A stretch of DNA of 64,000 bases from an uncultured Pseudomonadota bacterium (lineage in GTDB: Bacteria > Oederibacteriota > Muellerivitia > Muellerivitales > Muellerivitaceae). Location: NCBI GenBank assembly GCA_963836235.1, contig CAWIIP010000002.1:1760001-1824000 (forward strand), in the 5' to 3' direction. Below are positions 28,631 to 39,028 of this stretch, in pieces. Numbering within the stretch: the first letter of the stretch is position 1; each line of letters starts with the position of its first letter. The notes beneath the pieces are model-generated. The model was not told where the DNA came from, ran no database searches, and saw nothing but the letters and a program-made list of their open reading frames with translations. The translations under genes were made by a program, and so were the position numbers.

Positions 28631-28710
28631 GCCGCGAATCAACGCAAATTGACGCAGTTAAGACCTCGAATTCTTTAAAACAACAGCGAGGATTTGCGCC
28701 CATTTGCGGC
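28631..28710. repeat. Short intergenic inverted-repeat element built of 9-bp subrepeats
   Basis: GCCGCGAATCAACGCAAATTGACGCA ... ATTTGCGCCCATTTGCGGC. Confidence 0.6.
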
Positions 28711-28735
28711 CCCCGTTGTTCCTTTATGGAAATTC

Positions 28736-29731
28736 TTGAGTAGCGGCCCCACGGCTTCCCGCCTGCCCCGCTGGCGGGGGTTTAACCTCCTCGGCAAATA
28801 TTCGATTCACCAACAACATTTCGGCCCCTTTTTGGAATGGGATTTTCAAATGATTTCGGAATGGGGCTTTAATTTTGTGCGTTTCCCCATGGATTACCGG
28901 CTTTGGATCAAGGATGGGGATTGGCGTAAAATTGACTCCGACGCTTTTCGGGATATGGATCGGGCCGTGGAATGGGCCCGTCGTTACGGGCTTCACGTCA
29001 GCCTCAATATCCATCGGGCTCCGGGCTATTGCATCAACTTACCCAAAGAACCCAAGGACTTATGGACCGATTCGGAACCCCAGGAAATTTGCGCTTCCCA
29101 TTGGGCCTTCATCGCCCGGCGTTATAAGGGTATTTCCAATACTGAGATGAGCTTTGACTTATTGAATGAACCCAATGGGGTGGACAATCCTACCTATGCC
29201 AAGGTGGTGGGAATCCTGGCGGAGGCCATCCGTGCCCAAGATCCCCGCCGGCTCATCATCGCCGATGGCACGGACGTGGGGAACCGCCCGGTGCCCGAAT
29301 TGATTTCCTTGAAAGTCGCCCAAGCCACCCGGGGCTACCAGCCCATGGAAATCAGCCATTACCTGGCACCTTGGTCGCCGGGAGGGGGGCAATATACCAA
29401 GCCGGTCTGGCCGATGGAAAAGGACGGGAAGAAATTGGATAAGGAATGGATGCGGCGGGAATTCATCGAACCCTGGAAACAATTGGAATCCCAAGGCGTG
29501 TGCGTTTTCGTGGGCGAGTGGGGAGCTTACAACAAGACACCGCATGATGTGGTTTTAAGCTGGATGAAAGACCATCTGGAGCTTTGGAAGGAAGCGGGTT
29601 GGGGCTGGGTGCTTTGGAATTTCCGGGGGGATTTCGGGGTTTTGGATAGCAAAAGGGAAGATGTAGATTACGAGGATTTTCAGGGACATCAGCTAGATAG
29701 AAAAATGCTGGAACTACTGCGACACTATTAA
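28736..29731 (+). CDS. Glycoside hydrolase family 5 (cellulase-like)
   Basis: GFNFVRFP, LNIH, LLNEP acid/base, VGEWG nucleophile, W..WNFRG; start uncertain (TTG 28694 or 28736). Confidence 0.9.
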   Translation: MSSGPTASRLPRWRGFNLLGKYSIHQQHFGPFLEWDFQMISEWGFNFVRFPMDYRLWIKDGDWRKIDSDAFRDMDRAVEWARRYGLHVSLNIHRAPGYCINLPKEPKDLWTDSEPQEICASHWAFIARRYKGISNTEMSFDLLNEPNGVDNPTYAKVVGILAEAIRAQDPRRLIIADGTDVGNRPVPELISLKVAQATRGYQPMEISHYLAPWSPGGGQYTKPVWPMEKDGKKLDKEWMRREFIEPWKQLESQGVCVFVGEWGAYNKTPHDVVLSWMKDHLELWKEAGWGWVLWNFRGDFGVLDSKREDVDYEDFQGHQLDRKMLELLRHY

Positions 29732-29789
29732 AAATTGACAGTCTAGGGTTAATAACTTAGCCCTAGACTGTCAGCCTCGAACCGAAATA

Positions 29790-30221
29790 TTACTGCCAAG
29801 CTCCCAGGATGAGGCCCATAACGAGGAAGGACAGCAGGTAATAACCCACGTTGATAAAATAAAGCTTCCAGGGTTTGCCGTCCCAGAAGACGCTGTTCAA
29901 CTGGCTGGTAGCGATGAAGCCCAACCAAGTCCAAAAGCCGGCGTTCAGGCCCGCTATGATTCCAGAAACATGGAAGAAGCTTTGCCCGGACAAGACGTTA
30001 AAGACCAGGCAATAAGCAGCCAGAAGATTCGCCAAGAAAGCGAAGATATAGTTCTTACCCGCTTTTTTCATCATTTCTTCGCGTTGCTTCTTGTTCAATT
30101 TGTCGAAGCCCATCAGTTTAGACCAAGTCTTTCCGAAGAGGCCCATGTACCAAAGAGCTCCAACCGCAAAATAAGCCACTCCCGCCACCAACACGGCCAA
30201 GTAATTGATATGAATATCCAT
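29790..30221 (-). CDS. DUF1761 family membrane protein
   Basis: INYLAVLVA..GALWY..LFG..W and 'INVGY' motifs. Confidence 0.85.
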   Translation of the reverse strand: MDIHINYLAVLVAGVAYFAVGALWYMGLFGKTWSKLMGFDKLNKKQREEMMKKAGKNYIFAFLANLLAAYCLVFNVLSGQSFFHVSGIIAGLNAGFWTWLGFIATSQLNSVFWDGKPWKLYFINVGYYLLSFLVMGLILGAWQ

Positions 30222-30351
30222 CGTTACCTCCTGGGTGATTTGTAATGTGGTTATTTTAGCGAAGGTCAGTTAACCCCGAAGTTAAATCTCGGGTCATATC
30301 TTCTTGGCTGGGACGATTAATTCAAAAAATATGTAGGTTTCGGAGCAAGAT

Positions 30352-31704
30352 TTAGTAAAGACTGCCTTCGCGCCTTTCGGCGAAGAGGCGATAGTCCTTA
30401 GCCGCGATGGCTTTGGCCATGAGGTTTCGGGTTTTGGCATAGGTGGAATTAGGAGTTCCAATATTATTTAGGGTATAGCCCATCTGGAAATAACAACCAC
30501 AAAGGATAAAAGCCATGCCCAGAAGCCGCCCCCAGGGCTTTTGCCAAACCCAATCCCATCCGTAAAAGGTGTAAAGCATCAGGGGTGGGAAAAAAAGCAG
30601 GATTCGGAAGGATGCCGCCATGTCGGGGGTAAAAAGAAAGCAGGTGTAGAGCAATAAAAAGATTCCTCCCATCAAAGTCTTGATTTTTTTCCAATCGGCC
30701 CGGGGATGTTTCTTGAAAAAGAAAAAGACCAACATCGCCAAGGCCTGGATATACCAAATGCCCCACAGGAAAAAACCAGGGATTAAAAGCCAGTAGGAAT
30801 GAAGGAAGTAATCCACCCGAAGATGAGTGTTTTCACCCACGAAGCGGGCCATTTCGAAACTAGCGATGGAAATTAAGCGGGCCAAGGTGCCGAGCAAATC
30901 TTTGGCGTTATCCCAGTTCAAACCCGACATAAACCCATGCACGTCTTTTCCTGTATTAAATCCGTAATGAAGATAGGTAGGCAGAAGAAGGGCCAGCATG
31001 GGGAGGCTTCCCAAAAAAGTGAATAAGAGGGCGGAAAGAATTTTACCGGCCCGCACTTGGAGGTAGAGGGAGACCCCCAGAAGGGGGACCATAGCGATCC
31101 AAGACATATGCAATTGCATGACCCAAAAGAGGCCAAAGCCCATAAAAGCATTGGCCCAGGCGGGCTGAAGAAGGCTGATAGAAAGGGCCGGGACGGTTTC
31201 AAAAAACCCCAAGAAAAACAAAACACTTCCGAGAAAGGCAAAGGACGGGTTGATGACTTGGGTGGAATAATGGGTAAGCCAGGGGGCGATATAAAGCCAA
31301 GTATAAATGAACCAAGGCGGAAAGCCCGGCAGGCGTTTGCAACAATACCAACCCAATAAGCTCAAAGCGAAGAATGATAATAAGTTCAGGAAGACATAGG
31401 GTGATTCTGGGGCGGGCCATAAGGTTAGCGGCAGGGCCATGAGCAGGCCTTCCAAGGAGCCGGGAATCTGGGTTTTAAAAGAAGTTTCTGGACCCTGCAC
31501 ATCCGGGCCATAGTAGGGCCAGGTGTGGGTGGTATAAGTTTTTAAACCGATGGCATAAGTTTGAGTGTAATCCTCATCCGCCGTGACCGAAGGACAGTAA
31601 AGGCCAAAGATAACCCTGAAAAGAAAGGCGGATAAAAACAAGAAAATCATTTTGAAAGGTTTGGATTTGGCCGCAATCTCGTTCTTCAGAGATGAGTTCA
31701 ACAT
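30352..31704 (-). CDS. Polytopic membrane protein, probable GT-C (ArnT/PMT-like) glycosyltransferase
   Basis: Many TM helices, acidic 'DED' in the first loop, 'NPS' and 'QLH' motifs. Confidence 0.55.
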   Translation of the reverse strand: MLNSSLKNEIAAKSKPFKMIFLFLSAFLFRVIFGLYCPSVTADEDYTQTYAIGLKTYTTHTWPYYGPDVQGPETSFKTQIPGSLEGLLMALPLTLWPAPESPYVFLNLLSFFALSLLGWYCCKRLPGFPPWFIYTWLYIAPWLTHYSTQVINPSFAFLGSVLFFLGFFETVPALSISLLQPAWANAFMGFGLFWVMQLHMSWIAMVPLLGVSLYLQVRAGKILSALLFTFLGSLPMLALLLPTYLHYGFNTGKDVHGFMSGLNWDNAKDLLGTLARLISIASFEMARFVGENTHLRVDYFLHSYWLLIPGFFLWGIWYIQALAMLVFFFFKKHPRADWKKIKTLMGGIFLLLYTCFLFTPDMAASFRILLFFPPLMLYTFYGWDWVWQKPWGRLLGMAFILCGCYFQMGYTLNNIGTPNSTYAKTRNLMAKAIAAKDYRLFAERREGSLY

Positions 31705-31742
31705 ATACCCCGAATCGGATTCCGGATTTTAGTTGGAATAAA

Positions 31743-32045
31743 TCAGCGTCTTTTTTTCTTAGGAACTAAGAGGTTCATGAGAAGCACCTGAATTCCATAA
31801 AAGAAGTAATAAAGCGATATCAGGAAAAAGAAACCGAAAAATGTTCCAAATGGATCGACATAATTGACGTAAAAACGCGAATAGCTTTTGGAAATCCAAA
31901 GGACGATTCCAATGGTGGCCATGAAAGCCAGGACAAATTGGATAATTTTTCCATAAGTTATTTCAGGGTTATCCGATTTAGGGAAAAGGACGGCAACCAA
32001 CCACTTTTCCATAGGAAAATAACTAGGTTCGCTTTTTTTTTTCAC
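31743..32045 (-). CDS. Small hypothetical membrane protein
   Basis: Two TM helices; fills the gap between mdh and the GT-C-like gene. Confidence 0.5.
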   Translation of the reverse strand: MKKKSEPSYFPMEKWLVAVLFPKSDNPEITYGKIIQFVLAFMATIGIVLWISKSYSRFYVNYVDPFGTFFGFFFLISLYYFFYGIQVLLMNLLVPKKKRR

Positions 32046-32072
32046 AGAAGTTTTTCCAAAGAAGCCAAAATA

Positions 32073-33005
32073 TTATTTGAGTGCTTTCATCGTTTCCCGA
32101 ATAAGGTCGGCGGATTTCTCCACCAGTTTACGCTCGTTGGGTTCCAGTGGAATCTCAATGATCGTTTCCAAACCTTTACGGCTGAGCTTGCAATAAACGC
32201 CAAAATACATGTCCTTTAAGCCATATTCGCCTTCCAAGTAAGCGGAGCAGGGGACAATCAGCTTCTTGTCTTTAAGAATCGCTTCCACCATGGAACCGGC
32301 GGCGGCTCCCGGAGCGTACCAGGCCGAAACTCCCAGTAAGTTCACCAGTTCACCGCCCCCTTTACGGGTGCGGTCGACGATGGCGTCCACCTGTTCGGGT
32401 TTCAGGATACTGGAAATGGGAACCCCAGCGATGGTGGAGTAGCGCACGAGGGGAACCATCTCATCCCCGTGGCCTCCGATGACGGCGGCATGGACGTTTT
32501 CAACGGCGACATCGGTGGCCATGGCCAAGAAGGTCCTCATCCGGCCCGAATCCAATACGCCCGCTTGGCCGATGACGCGATGCTTGGGCAATCCAGCGGC
32601 CTTATAGGCTACATAGCACATGGTGTCCAAGGGATTCGTTACCACGATCAAAATCGTGTTGGGGGAAGAGGCCACCAGTTTCTTGGCGACATCGGCCACG
32701 ATGCCCTGGTTGATGGCGACCAAATCCTCCCGGCTCATGCCGGGCTTGCGGGGTACGCCCGCGGTGATGACGCAAATATCCGAGTTGGCTGTGTCGGCGT
32801 AATCGGTGGTGCCAGTCAGATGGGAGTTATAGCCTGATATAGGCCCGACTTGCTGCATGTCCAAGGCTTTGCCCTTCGGCATGTCTTTAGTGGCCGGGAT
32901 ATCCAGGAGGACGATGTCCCCGAGATCCCTTTCCGCCATCCAGGCGGCGCAAGAAGCGCCGACATTACCGGCTCCGACCACGGTGATTTTGGGACGATTG
33001 GACAT
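32073..33005 (-). CDS. mdh: Malate dehydrogenase (LDH-like)
   Basis: GAGNVG, TAGVPRKPGMSREDL, VTNPLD, LDSGR, GGHGD. Confidence 0.95.
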   Translation of the reverse strand: MSNRPKITVVGAGNVGASCAAWMAERDLGDIVLLDIPATKDMPKGKALDMQQVGPISGYNSHLTGTTDYADTANSDICVITAGVPRKPGMSREDLVAINQGIVADVAKKLVASSPNTILIVVTNPLDTMCYVAYKAAGLPKHRVIGQAGVLDSGRMRTFLAMATDVAVENVHAAVIGGHGDEMVPLVRYSTIAGVPISSILKPEQVDAIVDRTRKGGGELVNLLGVSAWYAPGAAAGSMVEAILKDKKLIVPCSAYLEGEYGLKDMYFGVYCKLSRKGLETIIEIPLEPNERKLVEKSADLIRETMKALK

Positions 33006-33198
33006 AAGGCCTCCTTCAATGAAAGGGAATGGAATCCGCCAAAAATGAAGCTGTAGTCTAGCGAAAGGCTTCTTGCCTGTCTATGATGCGCGGCAGGTTG
33101 CCAATGTCATTTGGATTTCCTGGGTTTACTTGACATATATGAATGGCACCATTAGGTTGGGTCCGCGGTTGGATTTGAAAATTCGGTGAGGTATTTTG

Positions 33199-33741
33199 AT
33201 GGGCGAAACGGAAAAGCGAAAAGGTTTCACGGTCTGGTTTACCGGCCTTTCGGGGTCGGGCAAGTCCACCATCGCCGAAAGGGTGGCCTTGAAGCTCGAA
33301 CGCCGGGGTCTGCCGGTGGAAATTTTGGATGGGGATGTGGTGCGCACCCATCTATCCAAAGGGCTGGGCTTCTCCCACGAGGACAGGGACGAAAACATCA
33401 AACGGGTCGGCTTCGTATGCCAACTTTTGACCCGAAACGGCGTGGCCGCCATCGCTTCCGTGATTTCGCCTTACCGGGAAGCCCGGGACCATAACCGGCA
33501 AAAAATCAGGAATTTCGTGGAAGTCTATACCCGCTGCCCCATCGAAATTTGCGCGGAAAGGGATTTAAAGGGGCTTTATCAAAAAGCGCAGGCTGGGGAG
33601 ATTAAGGGGTTTACCGGCGTGGACGATCCTTATGAACCACCCTTGAACCCTGAAGTGGTTTGCAAGACCGATACCGAATCTATTGAGGAAAGTGTCGACA
33701 AGGTCATCCAAAAACTCGAAGAACTGGGTTACCTCGTTTAA
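33199..33741 (+). CDS. cysC: Adenylyl-sulfate kinase
   Basis: [38 protein letters not shown]. Confidence 0.95.
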   Translation: MGETEKRKGFTVWFTGLSGSGKSTIAERVALKLERRGLPVEILDGDVVRTHLSKGLGFSHEDRDENIKRVGFVCQLLTRNGVAAIASVISPYREARDHNRQKIRNFVEVYTRCPIEICAERDLKGLYQKAQAGEIKGFTGVDDPYEPPLNPEVVCKTDTESIEESVDKVIQKLEELGYLV

Positions 33742-36018
33742 ATGCCAGGCTTTCCCCGTGAAGCATCTTCCTCCGGAACATTTTCTTCCTTTAAAACCAA
33801 TCCTTGGATCGTCCCGGCTTTCTTAGCCCTGGCAACGGCGGTGGTTTTTTGGCCATTCCTATTGCCCGGAAACAGCCAAATGCTATCCAAGGGGACCGAA
33901 GACCTTGCCACCCAATATGCCTGGTGGCGGAAGTTTGGATTCGGGGAACTGGCCAAAGGCCACCTGGCCCTTTGGGACAACCATCTTTTTTGCGGCATGC
34001 CTTTTTTTGGAAACCTCCAACCCGCCCTTTTATATCCCCTCAACTGGCCCTTTATGTTCCTGCCCCTGCTCTTCGCTGTTAATTCTTTCATCGCGCTACA
34101 CACTTTTTTAATGGGGTTCTTTACTTATCTATGGATATTGGGAAGGGGGTCCCGGGTGCCCTCCGCCCTTCTGGCGGCTTTCATGGCTATGTTCGGAGCC
34201 GCTTTCTTTCTGCGCATCGTGCCGGGCCATTTGATCAATATCGGGTCTATGCCATGGATCCCCTTTCTTTTACTTTGCGTGGATTCCTACCGGCTTTGGG
34301 GCAAGGTCCGCTGGGTGGTCGGCGGGATTTTCGCTTTCGCCATGCTGATTTTTTCCGGCCAGTTCCAAATCTACTATTACACCGCTCTTTTCACGGGTGC
34401 CTATGTCCTATTGACACTTCCACGAACAAAAGAGGCGGTCCGCTTTTTGAGGGGTTTTTTTCTTATGGGCTTGGGGGGACTCACCCTTGGGGCAGTTCAA
34501 GTGTTGGCGGCCTGGGACGCCGCCAGGGAAAGCCTGCGGGGGCAAGGAATGCCTTTGGATATCGCCGATATCGCGGACATCACTCCGGAGCGGCTTTGGT
34601 GTTTTTTAATGCCCAATTTTTTTGGGGAATGGAAGGACTATTGGGGTGGCGGCATCTATTGGGAGGGGGCCACTTATGTGAGCCTGACGGCTTTTGTTCT
34701 GGCGCTTTTCACCCTCAAGGTTTCGCGCCGCCCGCAAAAATTTTTTTTTGGTTGGGCGGCTTTGTTCCTCGTGCTCTTAGCCATTGGAAAAAGGGGGCCG
34801 TTTTTCATCCTGTTTTATAAATACTTCCCCTTCTTCAGCCACTTTCGGGGTATCGGTAAAGTCGATATCTTGATCACCCTTTGTTTCGCGGCCTTGGCCG
34901 CCATGGGCCTGGACGAAATCCTAGAGAATCCACAGTCATTGTTAGTCTTAGGCCGGGGACTCAGAACCGCCCTTTGGGTTTCGGGAACACTGGGGCTTGT
35001 CTTTGTCTTTCTCGCGTGGTTTCAAAGCAAACTTTATCTTAGATTCGCTTCCCACTGGGTTTCCATGGAGGTGAGCCTCCTTGTTTGCTTCCTCTTGCTG
35101 GTTCTTTTGTATTGGCTTTCGGATAAGGCACGGCAATGGCCCATCCTCCGCTATGGTTTTTTGGGTTTAGCTTTTATAGAACTTTTGGTTTTCGCCATGG
35201 AGAACAGGCCTTCTTTCGACTTTTCAGTTCTCGCCTCAAAAGTCTCAAAAATCCATCAGGTTTACCAAGAAGATCCGGGAGATTACCGCGTATTGGCCAA
35301 TTCGGACAATTACGCCCTGGGAGCGGATGGGCTGGACGTTTGGGGATACGATACAAGCGTTCCATCCCGCTACGCACATTTCCTGGCGCTGGCCCAGGAT
35401 TGCGATCCTAAAGTGGATTTTTTCATGAAATTCGACTTGGTCCGGTTTCCTCCAGTGCTGGGGCTGCTCCGGTTGCGTTATGTTTTTCGAAACGCGGGGG
35501 ATAGTTGGGATATCCAGCGCCTGCATTTGAAAGAGGCCCCCCGGATTTTCGCGACCAACCAATGGGAGATTTTGCCGGAAGCGGAGAGTTTAAAAAGAGT
35601 GATGCGAGCGGATTTCGACCCGCAACAGGAGGTTTTCCTGGAAACGGATCTCGGGACTTCCCGGGCCACGGGGACACTCGTGAGCCAAGTGTCATTGAAG
35701 GATATCAACAGCGATGAGATTCTCATTCACGTCAAGGTTTCCAAGCCGGCGGTGCTGGTTCTCGCGGATAATTATAGCCAAGGATGGAAAGCCGAGTCTT
35801 ATCCTGATCCGAGCCAGGAAACTTATCGGGTTCTTCCCGCCGACGGTTTTTTAAGGGCCGTTCCACTGACGGCGGGGGAGCATCATATTCGGATGTTTTA
35901 CAGGCCGGCGGCTTTCGTCATCGGCAAATGGATTTCGACCACCGCTTGGCTGGCTTTCGCGGGGTTCTTATTTTGGAAAAGAAAAATAATTTTCGAGAAG
36001 AATCTTGAACCCAGGTGA
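33742..36018 (+). CDS. YfhO-like GT-C membrane protein, copy 1
   Basis: G.LALW...F.G.PF....Q..LLYP.NW; C-terminal 'LVLADNYSQGWKA...G.H.I...YRP'. Confidence 0.8.
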   Translation: MPGFPREASSSGTFSSFKTNPWIVPAFLALATAVVFWPFLLPGNSQMLSKGTEDLATQYAWWRKFGFGELAKGHLALWDNHLFCGMPFFGNLQPALLYPLNWPFMFLPLLFAVNSFIALHTFLMGFFTYLWILGRGSRVPSALLAAFMAMFGAAFFLRIVPGHLINIGSMPWIPFLLLCVDSYRLWGKVRWVVGGIFAFAMLIFSGQFQIYYYTALFTGAYVLLTLPRTKEAVRFLRGFFLMGLGGLTLGAVQVLAAWDAARESLRGQGMPLDIADIADITPERLWCFLMPNFFGEWKDYWGGGIYWEGATYVSLTAFVLALFTLKVSRRPQKFFFGWAALFLVLLAIGKRGPFFILFYKYFPFFSHFRGIGKVDILITLCFAALAAMGLDEILENPQSLLVLGRGLRTALWVSGTLGLVFVFLAWFQSKLYLRFASHWVSMEVSLLVCFLLLVLLYWLSDKARQWPILRYGFLGLAFIELLVFAMENRPSFDFSVLASKVSKIHQVYQEDPGDYRVLANSDNYALGADGLDVWGYDTSVPSRYAHFLALAQDCDPKVDFFMKFDLVRFPPVLGLLRLRYVFRNAGDSWDIQRLHLKEAPRIFATNQWEILPEAESLKRVMRADFDPQQEVFLETDLGTSRATGTLVSQVSLKDINSDEILIHVKVSKPAVLVLADNYSQGWKAESYPDPSQETYRVLPADGFLRAVPLTAGEHHIRMFYRPAAFVIGKWISTTAWLAFAGFLFWKRKIIFEKNLEPR

Positions 36019-38260
36019 AATTTTAACCCGGACTCAAAGAACCGGCAGTCGGCTTTTCCAATCACCTTGGGTTTTCCCGGGCTTATTACTGGCTTCCACC
36101 TTGGCAGTCTTTTGGAGTTTCCTGTCCCCTAAGACCTCAAAAGTCCTGTCCCTCCCCGATGGGGATTTGAGCAGTATCTTGATTTGGTGGTACCAGTTCG
36201 GTTTCGGGGAGCTTCAAAAAGGCCATCTGGCGCTTTGGAATCCTTATCTTTGCGGTGGAGTTCCTTTTTTCGGTGAATTTCAATCGGCGCTTCTTTATCC
36301 CCCGAATTGGCTGCTCATGGTTTTGCCTCTCCCCTTCGCGTTAAATCTCAATTTCGCGCTTCATGTTTTTCTATCTGGGTGGTTCACCTTCCTTTGGGTG
36401 CGTTGGAGGGGGTCAAATCCCGCTTCCGCTTTAGCCGCGGCTTTTGGCTTCATGTTTGGGGGAGCTACCTTCCTTCATTTGGTGCCGGGGCATTTGCCCA
36501 ATCTCGAAGCGATGGCCTGGATTCCACTAGTCTTTTTGGCGCTTGACGGGTGTTTAGACGGGGTGGAAAAAAAATGGATTCTTTTAGGCATGTTCGCCCT
36601 TTCCATGCAAATCTTGTCGGGCCACATCCAATACTGCTATTACACCGTTTTCACCGCGAGTCTCTACGCGTTTTTAAACCTCCCCTGGGTTCGAGAAAAA
36701 AGAAGTTTTTTTGCGGGATGGACGGCTATGGGAATCGGAGCGGGATTGTTGACCGCGATACAGCTTTTAGCGGGGTGGGAAGCCGCGGGAGAAAGCATTC
36801 GGACCCGGCACCTCTCCATGGACTTCCTCAACATCGCTTCTCTTACGCCCGAAAGGCTTTGGTGCCTCTTGATGCCAAATTTTTTCGGGGGCTGGAGGGA
36901 TTATTGGGGCGGAAGTTTTTATTGGGAAGGGGTGATTTTCATCAGCGTAACCGCCTTCCTGATGGCCCTTTTCGCCTTGAAGGTTTCCCCCCATCCCCAG
37001 AAGAAAATCTTCGCGGGGCTCGCCTTATTCCTAGTTTCCCTGGCCATCGGTACCCGGCTGCCGCTTTTCGCTTTTTTCTGTAAGTGGGTACCCTTGTTTG
37101 GGGATTTTCGGGGGGTCGGAAAGTTCAACGTCTTGATCACCTTGTGTCTGTTGGTCTTGGCCTCCTTGGGTATGGATGAGATTTTCAACAATCCCCAAAG
37201 CTTGAGGGGATTTGGGCGCCTGGCCGGATGGATAAGCGGGATATCCCTTTTGGCGGCAGGTCTTTTCTTCGCGACACCCCGTTTTGGAGGGGCCTGGTTG
37301 TTCCGGCAATACCTAACTTACGCTGATTCCATGGCCCTCCATCTTTTGCTTTGTGGTGCCTTATCAGCGGGACTAGCGTTATTGGCGCGGGTGAGCCAAG
37401 GAAAGCCGGCGTTACAGTGGCTGTTCATGGTAGCGGTCTTCCTAGAACTTTTCTTTTTCGCCAAGGACAATTTGCCGTTTTTTGATTTTAAGGCGGCAAC
37501 CGCGAAGGCCACGGAAATTCAAGATATCTACACCAAGGACCCGGGCGAATACCGGATTTCAACCCCCATACCCGATAGAACATTGGGGGCCCGTGGATGG
37601 GACATCTGGGGGGAAGACCCTGTTAACAGTTCCCGTTACGCGCGGTTTCTCTGCGCAACCCAGGGTTTGGATGTCAACAAAGATGCCCTCCTCATTCCAT
37701 TTTTCCATCAATGGCCGTCCACGCTGGGTTTGCTGAGATTGCGATATGTTCTCAAGGAAGAACCGGGCCGGGAGATATTGGAAAAGACTGGATTCCGGGA
37801 GCCGCCACGGTTTTTTTTAACCGACCATTTTGAGGTGTTGAAACCGGATGAAGTTCTTAGCCAAACCCTCGATCCAGGGTTTGATCCGATGAAAGAAGTA
37901 CTTTTGGAATCGGAACCCGGAATTACACCGGGGACGGGAGTGGGCGATAACCGAGTTTCGTTGAAAGATATTTCCAGCGATAAAATCGAAATCGAGGCGA
38001 ACATTTCCAGGCCGACTCTTTTAGTGGTCACGGATAACTATAGCCAAGGATGGAAGATCGAACCGATTTCCATGGATAGCCAGGGCCAATATCAAGTTAT
38101 GCCCGCCAATGGTTTTCAAAGGGCGACGCCCCTTTCAACGGGCCAGCATCATTTTTACATGGAATACCGCCCCGGACTTTTTAATTTTGGCAAATGGATT
38201 TCCATTTTTTCTTGGATTTGTTTTTTTGCCCTTTTCGTCCTGAAAAGGCGAAGCCTATAA
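36005..38260 (+). CDS. YfhO-like GT-C membrane protein, copy 2 (tandem paralog)
   Basis: Colinear with copy 1 (TPERLWC.LMPNFFG.W.DYWGG..YWEG; DNYSQGWK). Confidence 0.8.
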   Translation: MNPGEILTRTQRTGSRLFQSPWVFPGLLLASTLAVFWSFLSPKTSKVLSLPDGDLSSILIWWYQFGFGELQKGHLALWNPYLCGGVPFFGEFQSALLYPPNWLLMVLPLPFALNLNFALHVFLSGWFTFLWVRWRGSNPASALAAAFGFMFGGATFLHLVPGHLPNLEAMAWIPLVFLALDGCLDGVEKKWILLGMFALSMQILSGHIQYCYYTVFTASLYAFLNLPWVREKRSFFAGWTAMGIGAGLLTAIQLLAGWEAAGESIRTRHLSMDFLNIASLTPERLWCLLMPNFFGGWRDYWGGSFYWEGVIFISVTAFLMALFALKVSPHPQKKIFAGLALFLVSLAIGTRLPLFAFFCKWVPLFGDFRGVGKFNVLITLCLLVLASLGMDEIFNNPQSLRGFGRLAGWISGISLLAAGLFFATPRFGGAWLFRQYLTYADSMALHLLLCGALSAGLALLARVSQGKPALQWLFMVAVFLELFFFAKDNLPFFDFKAATAKATEIQDIYTKDPGEYRISTPIPDRTLGARGWDIWGEDPVNSSRYARFLCATQGLDVNKDALLIPFFHQWPSTLGLLRLRYVLKEEPGREILEKTGFREPPRFFLTDHFEVLKPDEVLSQTLDPGFDPMKEVLLESEPGITPGTGVGDNRVSLKDISSDKIEIEANISRPTLLVVTDNYSQGWKIEPISMDSQGQYQVMPANGFQRATPLSTGQHHFYMEYRPGLFNFGKWISIFSWICFFALFVLKRRSL

Positions 38261-38268
38261 TAAAAGCC

Positions 38269-38949
38269 ATGGAAGAGATCACCGCCGAACAATTCGTTGA
38301 AAATGCCAAGACCTGGAAACCCGAGGAGGATTTCAAGACCCGGGTCGATAAGCAATTGCGCGCGGCCCACGCCCCGGAGGAACTGGTCGGTGAACTGGGC
38401 CGGGCCTTTCGCCGCTGTTCCGACAGCACCTATGGTTACATCCAATACATCCACGAGCTGGCCACCACGAAGGAAATCGACCGAAAGAATTTCCTTCCCC
38501 AAGTCGCCCATTTGGTTGGACTGGTCCAGGATGTTCAGGACGCGGGACGGAATTATCGGGAGGTTTTTAAGAAATACGACGCCCTCACCCGTTCCGCCCT
38601 CACCCAGGACCAATTCGACACGGTTTATTACGACGCCATCCAGAATATCGAACTGAGGGTGCTGCTTAAGAAAATCATCGAGGAAGTAGAAATGGTTTTA
38701 CAGTCTTTCTCACTGGTAAGCGGCGATCTTTCGGGAATTCAATGCATCGACCTTTACGAAAGCAGCATCCGCTTCCAGCTTTTCCTCCAGTATTTTATGA
38801 GCAAGAAAAATTTCTCGCAGGAGGAACTCTGGTCCATTCTCTTCGATGTTTACAACCAGGTAGGGGAGATGGAAAATCTTTCAATCGAGTCTACGGCGGA
38901 ACAACTACGGGAACTCCACGAAAAAATTCAGAAATTCAAGACGAACTAA
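38269..38949 (+). CDS. Hypothetical all-helical protein
   Basis: ATG just after the YfhO stop; charged helical composition. Confidence 0.7.
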   Translation: MEEITAEQFVENAKTWKPEEDFKTRVDKQLRAAHAPEELVGELGRAFRRCSDSTYGYIQYIHELATTKEIDRKNFLPQVAHLVGLVQDVQDAGRNYREVFKKYDALTRSALTQDQFDTVYYDAIQNIELRVLLKKIIEEVEMVLQSFSLVSGDLSGIQCIDLYESSIRFQLFLQYFMSKKNFSQEELWSILFDVYNQVGEMENLSIESTAEQLRELHEKIQKFKTN

Positions 38950-39028
38950 AGACAACTTAAGTTTTTAAATGAAGTCACTGAATGCTAGTTGGGTGACAGA
39001 TCGACGGGCTAACGATTTCGTGGATGAA

